A stretch of DNA of 64,000 bases from Amoebophrya sp. A120. Taxonomy: Eukaryota; Protista; Dinoflagellata. Below the pieces are notes generated by a model, which saw nothing but the letters and a program-made list of their open reading frames with translations, made no database searches and was not told where the DNA came from. Shown piece by piece: positions 48,393 through 60,796 of the stretch (positions within the stretch are counted from its first letter, which is position 1; every line of letters begins with the position of its first letter). The position numbers and the translations under genes were made by a program. The stretch spans positions 2,581,407 through 2,645,406 of the forward strand of contig CAJINV010000012.1 of assembly GCA_905178155.1 (NCBI GenBank), read 5' to 3'.

Positions 48393-50116
48393 TCATTCAG
48401 CTTCTTTTTCGTCTTTATTCGCCCGCCTTGCAACTTCTGTCTCTCTCGCCCGCCTTGCATCCATCTCTTGTAGCGCTTGTCTCGCAGATCTTAGCTGCGG
48501 CTGGACCCTCCTCCTCTCCCGGATGACGCCCCACACTGGGTCCTCCTCTGGGTTTTCAGAAGGTGGATAATTGAGAACGATGGAGTCCGGGCCGTTCTGG
48601 TTTAGCCGCCTCATCATGGGGGTTCCCCTCATGCGGCTCTGGGATTCCGGGGTGTACCTGCCAGATGCTTCTTGCACTTGCTGCTCAACATCGTATCCTT
48701 GTTCGTGCACCGGCTGCTCCACGATCTCATTCGCGTCAATGCCTGTTCGAGAAGGACAGAGACACGACCGCAACCTGTCGAAAATCCTGATCGCCATGCT
48801 TTCGCGCGTTTGCAACGCAGAAGCAGGTGTAGTGGAGGGCGACGGACTCCCGGTTGTAGTACTGCTAGTAACACCCTCCTCGTCATAATCACCGACCTGT
48901 TTTTCGTCCACGGACGGGATCAAGTAATCGTGGAGCTCGATAACACTAAACCTCCCGTCCTGATTCAAATCCGCCTCCGCCGGACAGGTATTTCCTCCCT
49001 CCGCTCGTTCCAACACCCCGCTGCCGTTACAGTCGCACTTCTCAAACGCGGCCAGCATCCCCGACTCGTACATTTTTTGAAAAGCAGCCCAACTACCCGT
49101 ATCAACTGCAAATATGTCTGGGTCTGGAGACTTGTGATGCAAACCAGGGAATACAGGGCGCGCTGTCATACGTGGCCAAGCATGACAAGTTTTTGAGGTG
49201 CTATGTGTCGCGTATTCTGCATGGCAGACTGCGCTTTTGCATGACAGACAAAACGATCTTTTTGCACCTACGCATGACAGAGGTCCGAGTCATGATCTCA
49301 ATCTCATGTCAGACACGCATAACAAATTTGGCAATCTTCCAGACCCAGACATATTTGCAATGCATACCCCGTTTCCTGGTACGATTTCATCCCCTGGTTG
49401 ACCGCGTACGGGGACAGGCCGGCGAAGGACAGTTGCTTCAGCAACAGCACGCGTTGGGCCTGAGGAGTTGTGAGTGTTTTATTCTTGTACTTATGCGACA
49501 ACTTCTTCTTTATCAAGGATCATAACAAGTCATGCCTGCCAGAACAAGTTGCATAGCAGCACCAAAAACGCAGCTGCCTGCAAAACAAAGCATCGCTATA
49601 CCTTTAAATGGTTCGCTGCCACGTGGTTCTCCCATAGTACGTTCATTCTGAAGAGCACGGTGTCCATCGCCGGGGGGGGGGGGTACCGTCGTAATATTCG
49701 TCGCGGCTGCAGCTTGGTTTTCGACCTCAATGGAAATGAAAGAAAGCATATCGTAGACCATCGACGTGGTGGAACAAACTCGTCCGTGAAGGAAAACTTT
49801 AGCAAGCACGTGTGAGTGCCACACATCGACAGGTTCTCTGATGATGGCATGCTGTTGATGCACAAAAATTTTAATAAATATAATTGGCTGCCTACAATAA
49901 GTAAGAGCATACGTAACTGCGTATAGGGAGTACCAACATCTGCACTTGTTCACGCGCCTCCGCCAGCGTGATGATCGTCATGGCGTAGTCGTACACCGCG
50001 GAAGAAAACGATGTGACGACGCCAAGAAGCGCGAAGTTGTTCCGATTCGCGTGTCGGGTCAAGCCGCGCCGGGCGGACCGGCTGGATTTTATCGCTTTCT
50101 TGTCGTGGCCACGCAT
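48393..50116 (-). CDS. Hypothetical protein with two EF-hand-like loops; 5' exons uncertain
   Basis: DCNGSGVLERAE and DLNQDGRFSVIE loops; introner join ETG|SWA; probable GT-AG intron 49460-49601; G13 run near 49671 makes upstream frame ambiguous. Confidence 0.45.
49100..49366. mobile_element. Introner family A
   Basis: TATCAACTGCAAATATGTCTGGGTCTGGA...TCCAGACCCAGACATATTTGCAATGCATA; DR acccg/ccccg. Confidence 0.85.
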
Positions 50117-50736
50117 GATTTAGATTTATGTTGGGGGTGTGTCTCAATGTCAAATGCAATGGAAATAACAATAAGTAAGTAGCCCTAAATTTAAGTCATC
50201 AAGTGCAAAAACAAGAAAACGAATGATACGTGCATATCTCGTCACTAAATGCGGTTTGTCTAGACCTACGTCGTGCCCTCGTTTATTTCAATCTCAGTAA
50301 CTCGCCACCCCTCGCGTTCTAGATCACCCAAGTGTAGTACAACTACCACGTCGTCAAGAGCCACTTTTTTCCCCAGATCAAACGAACACACTTGTTGCTT
50401 CAGAGAAACTATGACACTCATCGACTACGCGATAGCTCTGCTACGACCCACGACACATGTTTATGTTCGACGAATTCGTAGTACTGGTATTAAATTGCTT
50501 GAGGTTCTTGTGGAAGGAGCACAGCTTCAGCGTATCGAAGAAATGGCCATCGGTGCACCAGTTTTCAAAATGTTCAAATCTTACACGAGCAAACGAGCCC
50601 CGACGGTTACTATATTGCTTCTCGTATATCAAGCGAACTGCGAAACGAAACCAGAATGACATTTTTGAAGTTGTGGCACGTAGCTCTACAGATCATGCGG
50701 AGAAACATCAACGAAGTTGTAGGAAGGTCTAAAACC

Positions 50737-52225
50737 TCAACTCCACGACTCTCCTACACCAGACTCAACAGCCAGCTCCGTCTTCAGCCTTGCCACCTTG
50801 GCCCGCAGCAACTGCCGCAACTTCGGCACGAAGACCGGAAGTGCGGGAACAGAATTTCGGAGCATTTCTTCACCGCTTCGCGTTTGCCAGAAGTCGTGTA
50901 AGCGCAGAAATTCCGCCTCGATTTTTTCCAGCAAAAGTTCGTTTTCTTCTGCCGTGTTTCTGTTGCTGCTGAGTTTCTGCTGCAGCTGCTCGAGTGGTAG
51001 GTCGAGGAGGACCTGGAAAGCGGATTGTTTTACAGAATCAGGTCGAAGCTATTCATGATCTTCACGATTCTGCATCACAAACTTCTCCACATTTTGAGAT
51101 CTTGCACGACAAAAACCAACAATCAAATAAAGCTTCCAGGTTTGTGCAGATCTGAATGTATGTGGATGCCTATTAAAGAACTTCAATCAGACAAAAATAT
51201 GGGAATTTGTCTTTCCGCCGATGTTGTCGTGACAACGCCATCAGTGCGAAAGACTAATTTGTAATTCCGTGTCATCATGAAATTTTGATCTTGTACGGTT
51301 CTGTTGGAGAAGCAGCAACAGTACGATATTTCGTATTGCTGAGGCAGGTCGGATGTAAAAATGGATCAGCACACATGCTGCTACTTGTGAGTCAACTTTA
51401 TCTATACCTCATGCTCCTCCCAGGAAAAGGCGAACAATTTCGGCGGCTCCGCATTTTTCGCATACTCCACGTCGAAGAAGCAGTGCAAACAGTACAACAC
51501 CGACGCGGTTAACGCGGCGACCTTGCTATTCAGGTCGTACCGGATAAAAGAAGAACTCGACGTGATGTTGGACAGAGAAGGGGCAGCTCCACTACTATTC
51601 ACTTTGTTCTTTCCCATAACTTCATTTGCCGCTACCTGAAGCAGACTGCTAGATGAGTTGGTGCGGCTCGTGGTGCCAAAATAACCCCCCGAAGATGCTG
51701 CTGCGCTTGTCGTGAAAGGTGTAGCTGACGTGCCTCCACCAGGGCTTTTTGTTTTTGATGCAGCGAATGAACTTGTAATACAATTTGATGAGCTACTGGA
51801 GGAGCTACCATGATGCCGGCTGTCATCGTCGTACAAGGCCACTTTGGCGTGCACGAGATCCTCCTTCTCGATTGCGTCCCACGCGATCCGGACTAATTTC
51901 TCCAGTGGATTGCTGTTATATGCATTGCAAATAAAGCTGCATCGTGCTAGTACTAGTTATAAACTGCATGACAAATTTTCCTACAGAAGAGAAGTGGAAT
52001 TTGTAAATGCCGATTTATTACCTAATGTCGAGGATTTATCATGCATGATCACTGTAATTACTACGAGCATGATACTTTTGCAGTGCATATGGTGCCGACT
52101 GCGTTGATCCCGTTGCCCGCCGGATCATGGTGGCGGTTTGTTCTCTCTGCCGTTGCGTGAAGGTTGACCTGCTGTGTGGCGTGCTCCGCACCGCCGGTCA
52201 CGAGGCTGGATTTAGAGGAGGGCAT
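50737..52225 (-). CDS. Hypothetical protein; internal exon structure partly unresolved
   Basis: ATG 52225 joins ORF 51402-51854 in frame after introner removal; GT donor after WEEHE; ORF 50737-50934 is a likely last exon. Confidence 0.45.
51919..52089. mobile_element. Degenerate introner family B
   Basis: TATGCATTGCAAA...GATACTTTTGCAGTGCATA; DR tgtta/tggtg; frame restored. Confidence 0.75.
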
Positions 52226-52913
52226 TGTTGCGTTTTAGTACTCTCGTCTCTGCGTGGTTTCTTCTTTTCTTGTTCTTCCCACCGCCGCGATTGACGCTGA
52301 CCATTGCAATAATATATCGAACGGTTGTGCTTTCAAAGCGAAATCGCAAACTGTGAGAACTAAGAAAGCACATCACGCACCCAGCGCCACACGTTCGGTC
52401 AAAGTTTCCTCAAAAATCCACAACCACAACACCCCGTGTGTTTGTTCCTTATGCCGTTTATTCGTTGAACACAGAAAAGACTACACAAAAACGAGCTGCA
52501 GCGAATGACGCTAGCTGCATTCAACTACAGCATGTGCTACGCACTACACCACGGCGTAGAGCAGGACTGCTTATGGCACTACCAGCAATGTTGTTTGTTG
52601 CTGTTGTTGCTGGATGAACTAGAACTCAACTACTTGGTTATGTCAACAACAGGAGTCTTAGTTTTTCAGGGATTTTGGTTTTTCTTCCTCGGGAGTCACA
52701 CACTGACGCTGAGATCTGAACTGTAGTAAGCTCATCTGAAGATGCTCAAAGTAAAGTATTCTTCAGGAACACCTGAGAAAAGAGTAAATCCGTTCTTAGT
52801 GAGCAGAACGCGACAGCATAGTATTCTCAAAAGTAAAACCATTTGTTCGTCCCCGTCAATACTAATCCCACCGCGACTGGTGGTCCACTCGCGCATGCTC
52901 TTGGTCACATTGT

Positions 52914-55900
52914 TCACGAAATCTCCTCGACACTGAGCCTTTCTGCGTCGTCTTCCTCTTCCGTGTTTCTTTTCCTCTCTTCAACTCCAGTGGCTGCTGC
53001 TCCTCCCATCGGTCCCTCCAATCTGAAGTCCTCAAAGCTGTCCCGCGCATTTTCATCGCCCATGTTGCCGCTGTCGTCCTCGCCAACATCTCCACCAACT
53101 AGGTTCCCCGACAAAACCGCACCAACATCTCCTGCTCCTGTGCCACTGACGACCCCAGGCGGCTGTATATCTCCTGCTGCATTCGTCGAACCTCCTCCTG
53201 CTATTATACTCCCTGCTTTCCCAATAATACTATCCACTGGTCCTTTCTGGGGTGAAAACGCGTTGTAATTGACCGATTTCCGTCTCTTCGGGTCCAGTTT
53301 CACCTTCGGCAGGTGCAGGGCCCGGTGCACCGGAGAAAATTCCTCAACCTGGTCCTCCTGCGACCCCTCGGGGATGGGGTTCAAGGAGCCAGGTGCAACT
53401 GCGTTTGATGCTGCTCCCACCGCTGAGGAAAGGACGGAGGTTTTGTTCTCGTTGTTCATCATAGAGCTATTTTTTCTGCTCGGCCGCACCATCGCCTCCG
53501 TCTCCTCCCCCGGGTTGCCCATGTCGGTCATCAGATTTGGCACCGGGTGTGGGATGTCCGGCAGGGGTAACTCCAGATGATGAGACATCTCCAGGCCGGT
53601 AGAGTTTGCTTTCCTGAGCTGCTCCACGAACTCGTCATGAACCCCGTCTGCCGCTCCTGCTTCAGTGGTTTTGCGCTGCTCTCCCTGTCCAAACGCGGAG
53701 AACATTGGTGGACCCCCAGCCGCGCCTTGTGGAGGTACAACACCTTGGCCTTGGTTTTGGTACATCATCTCAGTCGTTTTCATGTCGTCGTCGATGTGCA
53801 CCGCTCTTTGTTTCTGCTTGATAAACCGCCGGCGCTTGCTCCGTTCCGCGATCTGCGACCAGGTCAGGACTTGCGTCAGCCCGGGCTTCATCATGCCCGG
53901 CTCTTCAATCGTCGACACCTTTTCCATCAGAAAGTCTCGCCCGGCCTCCCGGTAGTGCTCGAACTTTTTCTGCCGCTTGTTGCACAGGTTCTGCAACTTC
54001 GTCAGCTGCCGCATGAAGAGCTTGTGCTCCTCGTGGAACACGTAGATGTTCTCCGGGGAGGAGACGGAGGAAACCGTGTTGCGCTGCTGGAAAATCTTCT
54101 CCATCTTCTTGAAGCGGCTGTCCTCCCGGATTTTCGGCAAGATTTCCTGCTTGAAATACGCCCGCCGGCTGTCGATGATCCGCTTCTCCACGCTCGTCTG
54201 CGTGTCGATCAGCTTGTGGGTCATCAGCGCAACGGACTTTTTCGCCTTCGAGGTGGGCGACAGCTGGTATGGTGTTCTCAACTGTTACATTCTCAACTGT
54301 TACATGGATTTGCGATGCAAAAGCCGCAACAGTCAAAGGTGCAAGCTTGCTGCTTTCGCATCACAGATTTGGCACCGATTTAGATGCTGTTTAGCCCTTC
54401 GGATATTTGTCATGCGAAGCAGCTTGATCATCTACCGGCTCAAGGTTGTTTTGCATGAGAAATTCATGTAACAGTTGAGAATGTAACGTTTGAGAACACC
54501 ATAGCTGGAGATCAAGGTGGTCATCCTCTACGTTGGCCGTGTATGACAGTGCACAACTACAACTCCACCCTCATTTGTCATGCAAGCCATCAAATCCACC
54601 CTTTGATGCCCCTTCGCACCTTTTGCATGACAGGTTGTGGTAGATCAAACAGCACTACAATCGTCCTGGGTGAATTTGTCATGGAAAACCCGCACTCTTG
54701 CCAACGCTTGTATTGCTGTACATGCAATACAAATGAGGGGGAGGCGGAGTTTTGCACTCTCATACCATGTCAACGTCGTCGTGTAGATTGTCCAAATTCG
54801 CCATGTTCATTTCTGGTCCGCTGGTTGCGGCGGAACTGCTGCCGCTCGGATTGTTATCGTCGTCGTTCGCGGAGGAAGCGGCCGCGGAGAGAGTGTTTTA
54901 TGCGCTGCAAAAGTATCGTACTCGTACTAATTGCAAATCTGCATGACAACTCTTCTTCCAAACGTAAAACAGCATTACGAGTTGCATTCTTCATGCTGAG
55001 CAAATTTGTAATGCAATTCATACTAGTACGATGCTTTTGCATTGCATATGTTTGTTCCCCCGTTGACTCCGTCGTCCACGAGCTCCTGTCGCGGCTCAAT
55101 ATTCAAATGCTTTTCCAACTCGGAGATTGTGTTGCAGTTCGACACCAAGTCGAGCTTCTCTTCCCACGCGTGCACTTTTGAATTTGGGGTTAACGCAGAT
55201 TGCTTCGACGAGGTTTTATTCGGTCGATGATTTTTCGTGAAAGATGTCATCGTGGTCCCATGTTTTGCGAGATTCGCCGCCTTGGCCTTCGCAGAGGTGG
55301 TCTTCGCAGCGGGAGGTGCGCCGCCGGCTTTGCTGGTGCTCTTCCCACCACCTCCCACGGCGGCGGAAAACCGGGAATAGGTCGGGTTTGCGGTCGTGTG
55401 CGTCACGCGAACATTTGTCCCCGGCACAATGGGATTATTTGCCATCGCTCCTGCGGAGGTGGCTGGTTTGTGTCCGGACAACTGGCTATTCACATCCGAA
55501 TTGTCTCCCTCATCCGCGGAGGAACAGCTGGACATGGCCAAATCGGATTCCATCGGGTCCGGAATGACTTCCGACGGGAGAAAGCCGTGCTCCCGCAGCA
55601 ACTGCAGGTAGTTTTGCCGGGCCAACCGATCCTCCCGGACCGCGGGGTGGAGCATGCCGCGGGCGCCCGGCATGTATGAGAGTGCACAACTCCCCCTCCC
55701 CCTCATTTGTAATGCAAAATACCAAATCCGCCACCCTGTGCCTCTTGGCACTTTTTGCATGACAAGTTCTGGCAGCCCAATAGCACTACACTCCTGTGCA
55801 AATTTGTCATGCAAGACCTGCATTCTTGCTGACACTTGTATTGCCGTTCATGCTATACAAATGAGGGGGAGGGGGAGTTGTGCACTGTGATAGCATGTTC

Positions 55901-58900
55901 TGCATTTCCAAAAAGATTTTCCACAATTTCAGCGATTCCAATTGCCCAAGCTCGGACACAAATCTTCTTCCCTTCGCGTCGTTTTCGATGATCTGAAACG
56001 CCTCCTCCCAGGTCAAACTGCCGGTCAACTTTTCGTGTTGACAGAGGAATGCGTGGAACTGGGGGATGAGAATTTGCTGCCGCTTTTGCTGGCGTTTGTC
56101 GCGTTTTTGCAAGAATTTGTTGAACGCCTGGTCGAAAATTTCCTCCTTGGAAACGTCCTTCACGTTGTCCCAGGACGGAAAATCGATCGGATTTAGATCT
56201 GCGAACTCCAGAAACTGGACCTGGGGTTTAGATGATGTATAGCATAATTATCTGACATAGGTACTAGTACTACATTCACGTAGTACAGAGCACGGTGTGC
56301 AACCACATCAAAGTATACGTAGTGAGCGAAAAGTTATTGTACCTGAACTTCGTCAATGTTCGTCCCCGTTTCAAGTTCGTCGCGTTCCAAGCACTCCAAG
56401 TATTTCCGCATTTCCTTCCCGAGTAGAAAGACCGCGTTTTTCCGTCTCTCCTCGCCCTCGACCTCCTGCTGCACCCTGTGCATTGCAAAAGTATCGCACT
56501 AGTATAAACCAGCCATGCTCCGGCTACCGCCGGAGCGCAAGGCTGTTTGGCCGGGTCTGAACTGCTTGCGGACCGGACCACAGCGACATACATACTCATG
56601 CCCCCACAGAACTCTCTGCGCGCTTCTCGCGCCTAAGGGCGCTCTGCGCAGGGAGGAGCTACCGCGAGCACTGGGGCAGAACAGGACGCACCTAGGTGCC
56701 ACACCAATCCGCTACGCATGCCTTTCGTTAATCAAGATGAACCACGAACCCCGCCCCATTCCCCGGCTTCGCTACTTTTTCAATGGCTTCAGTGTGGGAG
56801 GGCGGCGCGGGAGGGTAGCGCGAGAGGGTGGCGCGAGAGGGTGCGCGAGAGGGTAGCGCGAGAGGGTGGCGCGAGAGGGTGGCGCGAGAGGGTGACGCGA
56901 GAGGGTGGCGCGAGAGGGTGGCGCGAGAGGGTGCGCGAGAGGGTGGCGGGGACAAACGCCGTCCGCGAAGAGCCTGCAATGCTAAATATGAGCACTACCA
57001 TGCGGATTCGCGCCAGCCACTTTGTGTTTTTACCCTCTCGCAGACCTCTCGCAGACCCTCTTTTTTACCTCTTTTGGGGGTCCCCGCTAATAGTCCGGCT
57101 ATACTCGCGGGTAGAGGTCGACAGAGGTGGCCCAGAGGTGGCCGAGAGGGTGCGCGAGAGGTTGGCCCTTATTCGCGCCACCTCTCTCGACCTCTGTCGA
57201 CCTCTCGCGCCCCCTCTTTTTGACCTCTCTGCACCCTCTGAGGCACTTAGGCGCCGCCTTAAGGTGGGTCCTTCGGCGGGCTATACTCGCGCACCCTCTC
57301 GCCGACCCTCTCGAAAGGGGTCCCGCGCCACCTCTCCACCTCTGTCGACCTCTTTTTTACCTCTTTTGACCTCTTTTTGACCTCTCGGCCACCTCTTGTT
57401 TACCCTCTGTCTACCTCTTTTTTCGCATGAATATAATATATAAGTAATTGCATCACAAATTTTGGCAAGAAGGAAAGTGGAATTTGTAATGCTGTTTTAC
57501 CTCAGGAAGGGAATTTGTCATGCGTATTTGCAATTAGTACGACTACGATACTTTTGCACAGGATACACCCGGTTTTTCAGCAAATACTCCGCGTAGCACT
57601 GCTTCCGGTGCTTCTCCTCCGGCAGTAACACCACCTCCTCAATGTGGAAGTTCTGGTTCTGCTTGTTCTGTGGCTGGATGTTCACTTGGTTCTCATCGAT
57701 CGTCGCTAAAGCGGTGGAATTCGACGCGGGGCCCTTTTTTCTCACTTTCACCTTGTTCTCCACCATACTGTCGACGGAGGAAAAGTGGTACGAAGTGTCG
57801 CCGTCGAGTGTGCGCTCGAGTTTCTGCGTGTACAGTCGAAGCCGCTCTTGCTGCACCAAAGGCTCGTCGAGAGGAGCTGGTGTTTTATTTTTTCGCTCTT
57901 CTTCAATTTGTGACGCAGAAGCAGAATCGATGAAGAACTACAACTACGCAGCACAAATGCATCACTAAAGAGATGATGCTTGTTATAAGTACTTCAAGCG
58001 CTGCCTCTGTCATGCAGCTAGTGCAATAGCAGGAGCACGACAAGAGGTATCTGTGATGCATAAAGCACATCTTGACAAGATGAGGATGACTTAAGTACCG
58101 TCGTCGCTGCCCTCGTAAGGGTCCTTCCCCTCGCGTATCCTGTGCAAAAGTATCGTACTCGTATAGCAATCATGCATTACAAATCATCTTGTCAAAGCAA
58201 ATCAGCAGTACAAATTCAATTTCTCATGCTGAGGAAATTTGTAATGCATTTATACGAGTACAACGATACTTTTGCAACGCATATCGCGAATGCGCCTGAC
58301 GGCATCCGGCTCTCGCCAACATGTCACTCTCGTCTCGGAATTGTAGTAATACAGACGATCGCCCCAAAGCGACATCCTGAATAAGTTTTTGATGTATATA
58401 TGAAGTTCCATCTACGACTCAGCAAGCTGGACATACGTCATCTTCAGCGCGCAAAAAATCTTCAGTATCCTACACAAATTCCGAAGGACAAGGAACTACT
58501 TCAACTTCTAGAACTTGAACTTCCATTTCTATTTTATAGAAAAATCGTGTGCGACGAAAAAGATTCATTGGTAGTATGTAAGTACTCTCGCCACGGGGTT
58601 AATTTCGCGATTTTCAACTGCATATCGCTCATCAGTTCCTTCGGACACAGCCACTGTGCCTTCCCCGTCTCGAGATTAAAGTAATATTTCGACCCATCGT
58701 TCCTTGATTGCGTCGTCCAAGGGTATATCTTGCTATTCATATTCTCTGGGTTGTTCTGGTGTTGCTGTTGGTGATAATTTGACCCAGCACCTTGGTGACC
58801 TTGCTGATGGTGTTGCCCGAATGATGTTGGTCCCTTTCCGCCGGGGCCAGAATATTGTTGGTGGTGCTGTGGGTAAAAATTCGTGCCACCTGCTCCATGT

Positions 58901-59888
58901 TGCTGGTGTTGGGGACCTTGGTTGTATCCACCATGATGCTGCTGCTGCGGACCTGGTGCAGCTCCTGGGTGCGATTGTGGACCACCTGCTCCCGGGAGAG
59001 GACCACCTGGTGGACCACCACTTCCGGGAGGACCTCCACCTCCTCCGGCGCTGTTGTTATAGAATTGCTGGTGATGTGGCGGAGGTCCTCCAGAAGGAGC
59101 TCCTCCTGCTGGTACTACCCCGTCATGATGAGGTCCGCCCGCCCCGTGAGGTCCGCCCGGAGGACCACCGTGGTGCATCATCATGTTGCCTCCCCCAGAA
59201 CCTCCACCACCCAGCGGTATGGCGTTCGCCGAGGTTCCCGGCGGGGGTCCGCGCGGCGGGGGCCCACTTATACCACCGCCCGCGGGGCCGGAAGCCGGCG
59301 ACCTCCCGGGGGGATGTGGTCCTACACCAGGACCACCGCCTCCGACGGCGCTGTGCGGAGAGCCCTGAACTCCGACGAGGGGATTAATATGAGGCCCCCC
59401 GCCCTGCGGGTGCGGGATTTGCAGTTGTTGGCCGTCGCGAGGGCTTGGCTGCTGATGATGTTGTTGCCCGGCAGTGCCCGGCGGTCCGCCTGCTCCGGGA
59501 GCTTGCATGAACCGATTCGCCGCCGCGAGGGCTGCTTGCTCCGCACTCGTCGCTTCGTTAATGTTGCTGTAATTCGGGTTGTTGTAGGGATTCGGTGGGT
59601 ATCCTCTGCAAAAGTATCGTACTCGTAGCGCAAGCATGCATTACAAATATTTTTCTTAACGTAAATCAGCATTACAATTTCATTTCTCATCATGCTGAGG
59701 AAATTTGTAATGCATTTACACGAGTGCGATACTTTTGCACGGCATAGTGGGGGATTGCTGTTCGGTGGGCCGCCGCCAGGGAGTGCAGCTGGGGGTCCAC
59801 CGGGTGGTGGGCCGCCGTTATTGCCAAAGCCAGGATACCCGCCGGGGGGCCCGCCGGGGGGGCCCTTACTGTTGAAATTGCCGTACAT
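52914..59888 (-). CDS. PRP40: PRP40-like U1 snRNP protein (Pro/Gly-rich N-terminus, 2 WW, FF repeats), about 11 exons
   Basis: WW1 PWTTQSRNDGSKYYFNLETGKAQWLCP; WW2 PWRE|MSLWGDRLYYYNSETRVTCWREP; FF-like HRKQCYAEYL, LTWEEAFQII, REDRLARQNYLQLLRE and ILPKIREDSRFKKM...SSPENIY. Seven introners plus GT-AG introns 58377-58585 and 56221-56342; one junction near 57930-58098 unresolved. Confidence 0.8.
54268..54503. mobile_element. Introner family D
   Basis: TATGGTGTTCTCAA...TTGAGAACACCATA; DR gctgg. Confidence 0.9.
54542..54764. mobile_element. Introner family C
   Basis: TATGACAGTGCACAAC...GTTTTGCACTCTCATA; DR ccgtg/ccatg. Confidence 0.85.
54899..55048. mobile_element. Introner family B
   Basis: TATGCGCTGCAAAAGTATCGTAC...GTACGATGCTTTTGCATTGCATA; DR tgttt. 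Confidence 0.9.
55675..55892. mobile_element. Introner family C
   Basis: TATGAGAGTGCACAACTCCCCCTCCCCCTCATTTGTA...TACAAATGAGGGGGAGGGGGAGTTGTGCACTGTGATA; DR gcatg. Confidence 0.9.
56477..57565. mobile_element. Long (1089 bp) family B introner with minisatellite cargo (intron of PRP40)
   Basis: TGTGCATTGCAAAAGTATCGCAC...CGATACTTTTGCACAGGATA; DR caccc; inverted homolog of 14493-15543; spliced NRV|QQE. Confidence 0.9.
58136..58283. mobile_element. Introner family B
   Basis: TATCCTGTGCAAAAGTATCG...CGATACTTTTGCAACGCATA; DR tcgcg. Confidence 0.9.
59600..59746. mobile_element. Introner family B
   Basis: TATCCTCTGCAAAAGTATCG...CGATACTTTTGCACGGCATA; DR gtggg. Confidence 0.9.
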
Positions 59889-60796
59889 GGTGTTGTTGCT
59901 ATGGTACGCTATGAAGAACTTTACGATTAACAGGAAAGAGACAATAATTGTCCTTCCCAAGGGTGAAACAGAAAGTATTGTTAGTTCTAGCACGATGCTA
60001 TCATTTTTGCTTTGAATTCCAATATCAATATGTTCCTGTAGTACATCGTGAGCGCAATACGATTTGTTGTTGTCCTACTATGTGTTCGCTGTTCAACATA
60101 CCCGTCATCCAGATCGGTCCTCTAGGGTCCTCGTTAGGGCAGAACAATACAAAGGCACTACATCCAAAAATGACAAAAAAGTCCGTGTAGCTGGTGGAAC
60201 GAAATCCAAATTTCAATTTCTGTGATGATAAGAGAGATACAAGATCGTGAAAAAGATCCGCGGGGTTCTGCGTAAAGTATCAGCTATGTACAGATCTTTT
60301 TACTGGAGGTCCTCGACCAATTTCATTGCAGGCAGCTATAACAAATTGACATTGATCATATAGAAGATCCTTGTCTTTGCTTCCCTATCGGTCGCGTAAG
60401 TATCTAAAAAAGTGGACAGCGCTTTTGTGACAAGAGCAGAGGGGAAAGGCGGGCTCGTCGTCTATCTCTTATCTACAAGCTGTGTTGAACAGATTCGGAC
60501 GTAACTAGTCGACGAGGACCTTTCTACAGTATCTAAAACCGCGCCACGACTTTTCTCCGTGAGTTTGCTTTTGCGGGTTTCAAGTTCGATCTCATGCTTA
60601 CGTGTATTGTCCACATTTGTTCGTGCTCGTCGTGGTAGTACTGCGAATCATACTCATAGTGTACACATCTTCACCAACTACATAGGCTGCAAACGCATTC
60701 TTTTTCGTGATTGCAAAAGAATTCGAAATGTGTTCGTTCCTGTTCCTCGTAGGTCGTATATGATCTATAGAAGCTACAAACTTCTCCTTCATTCTA

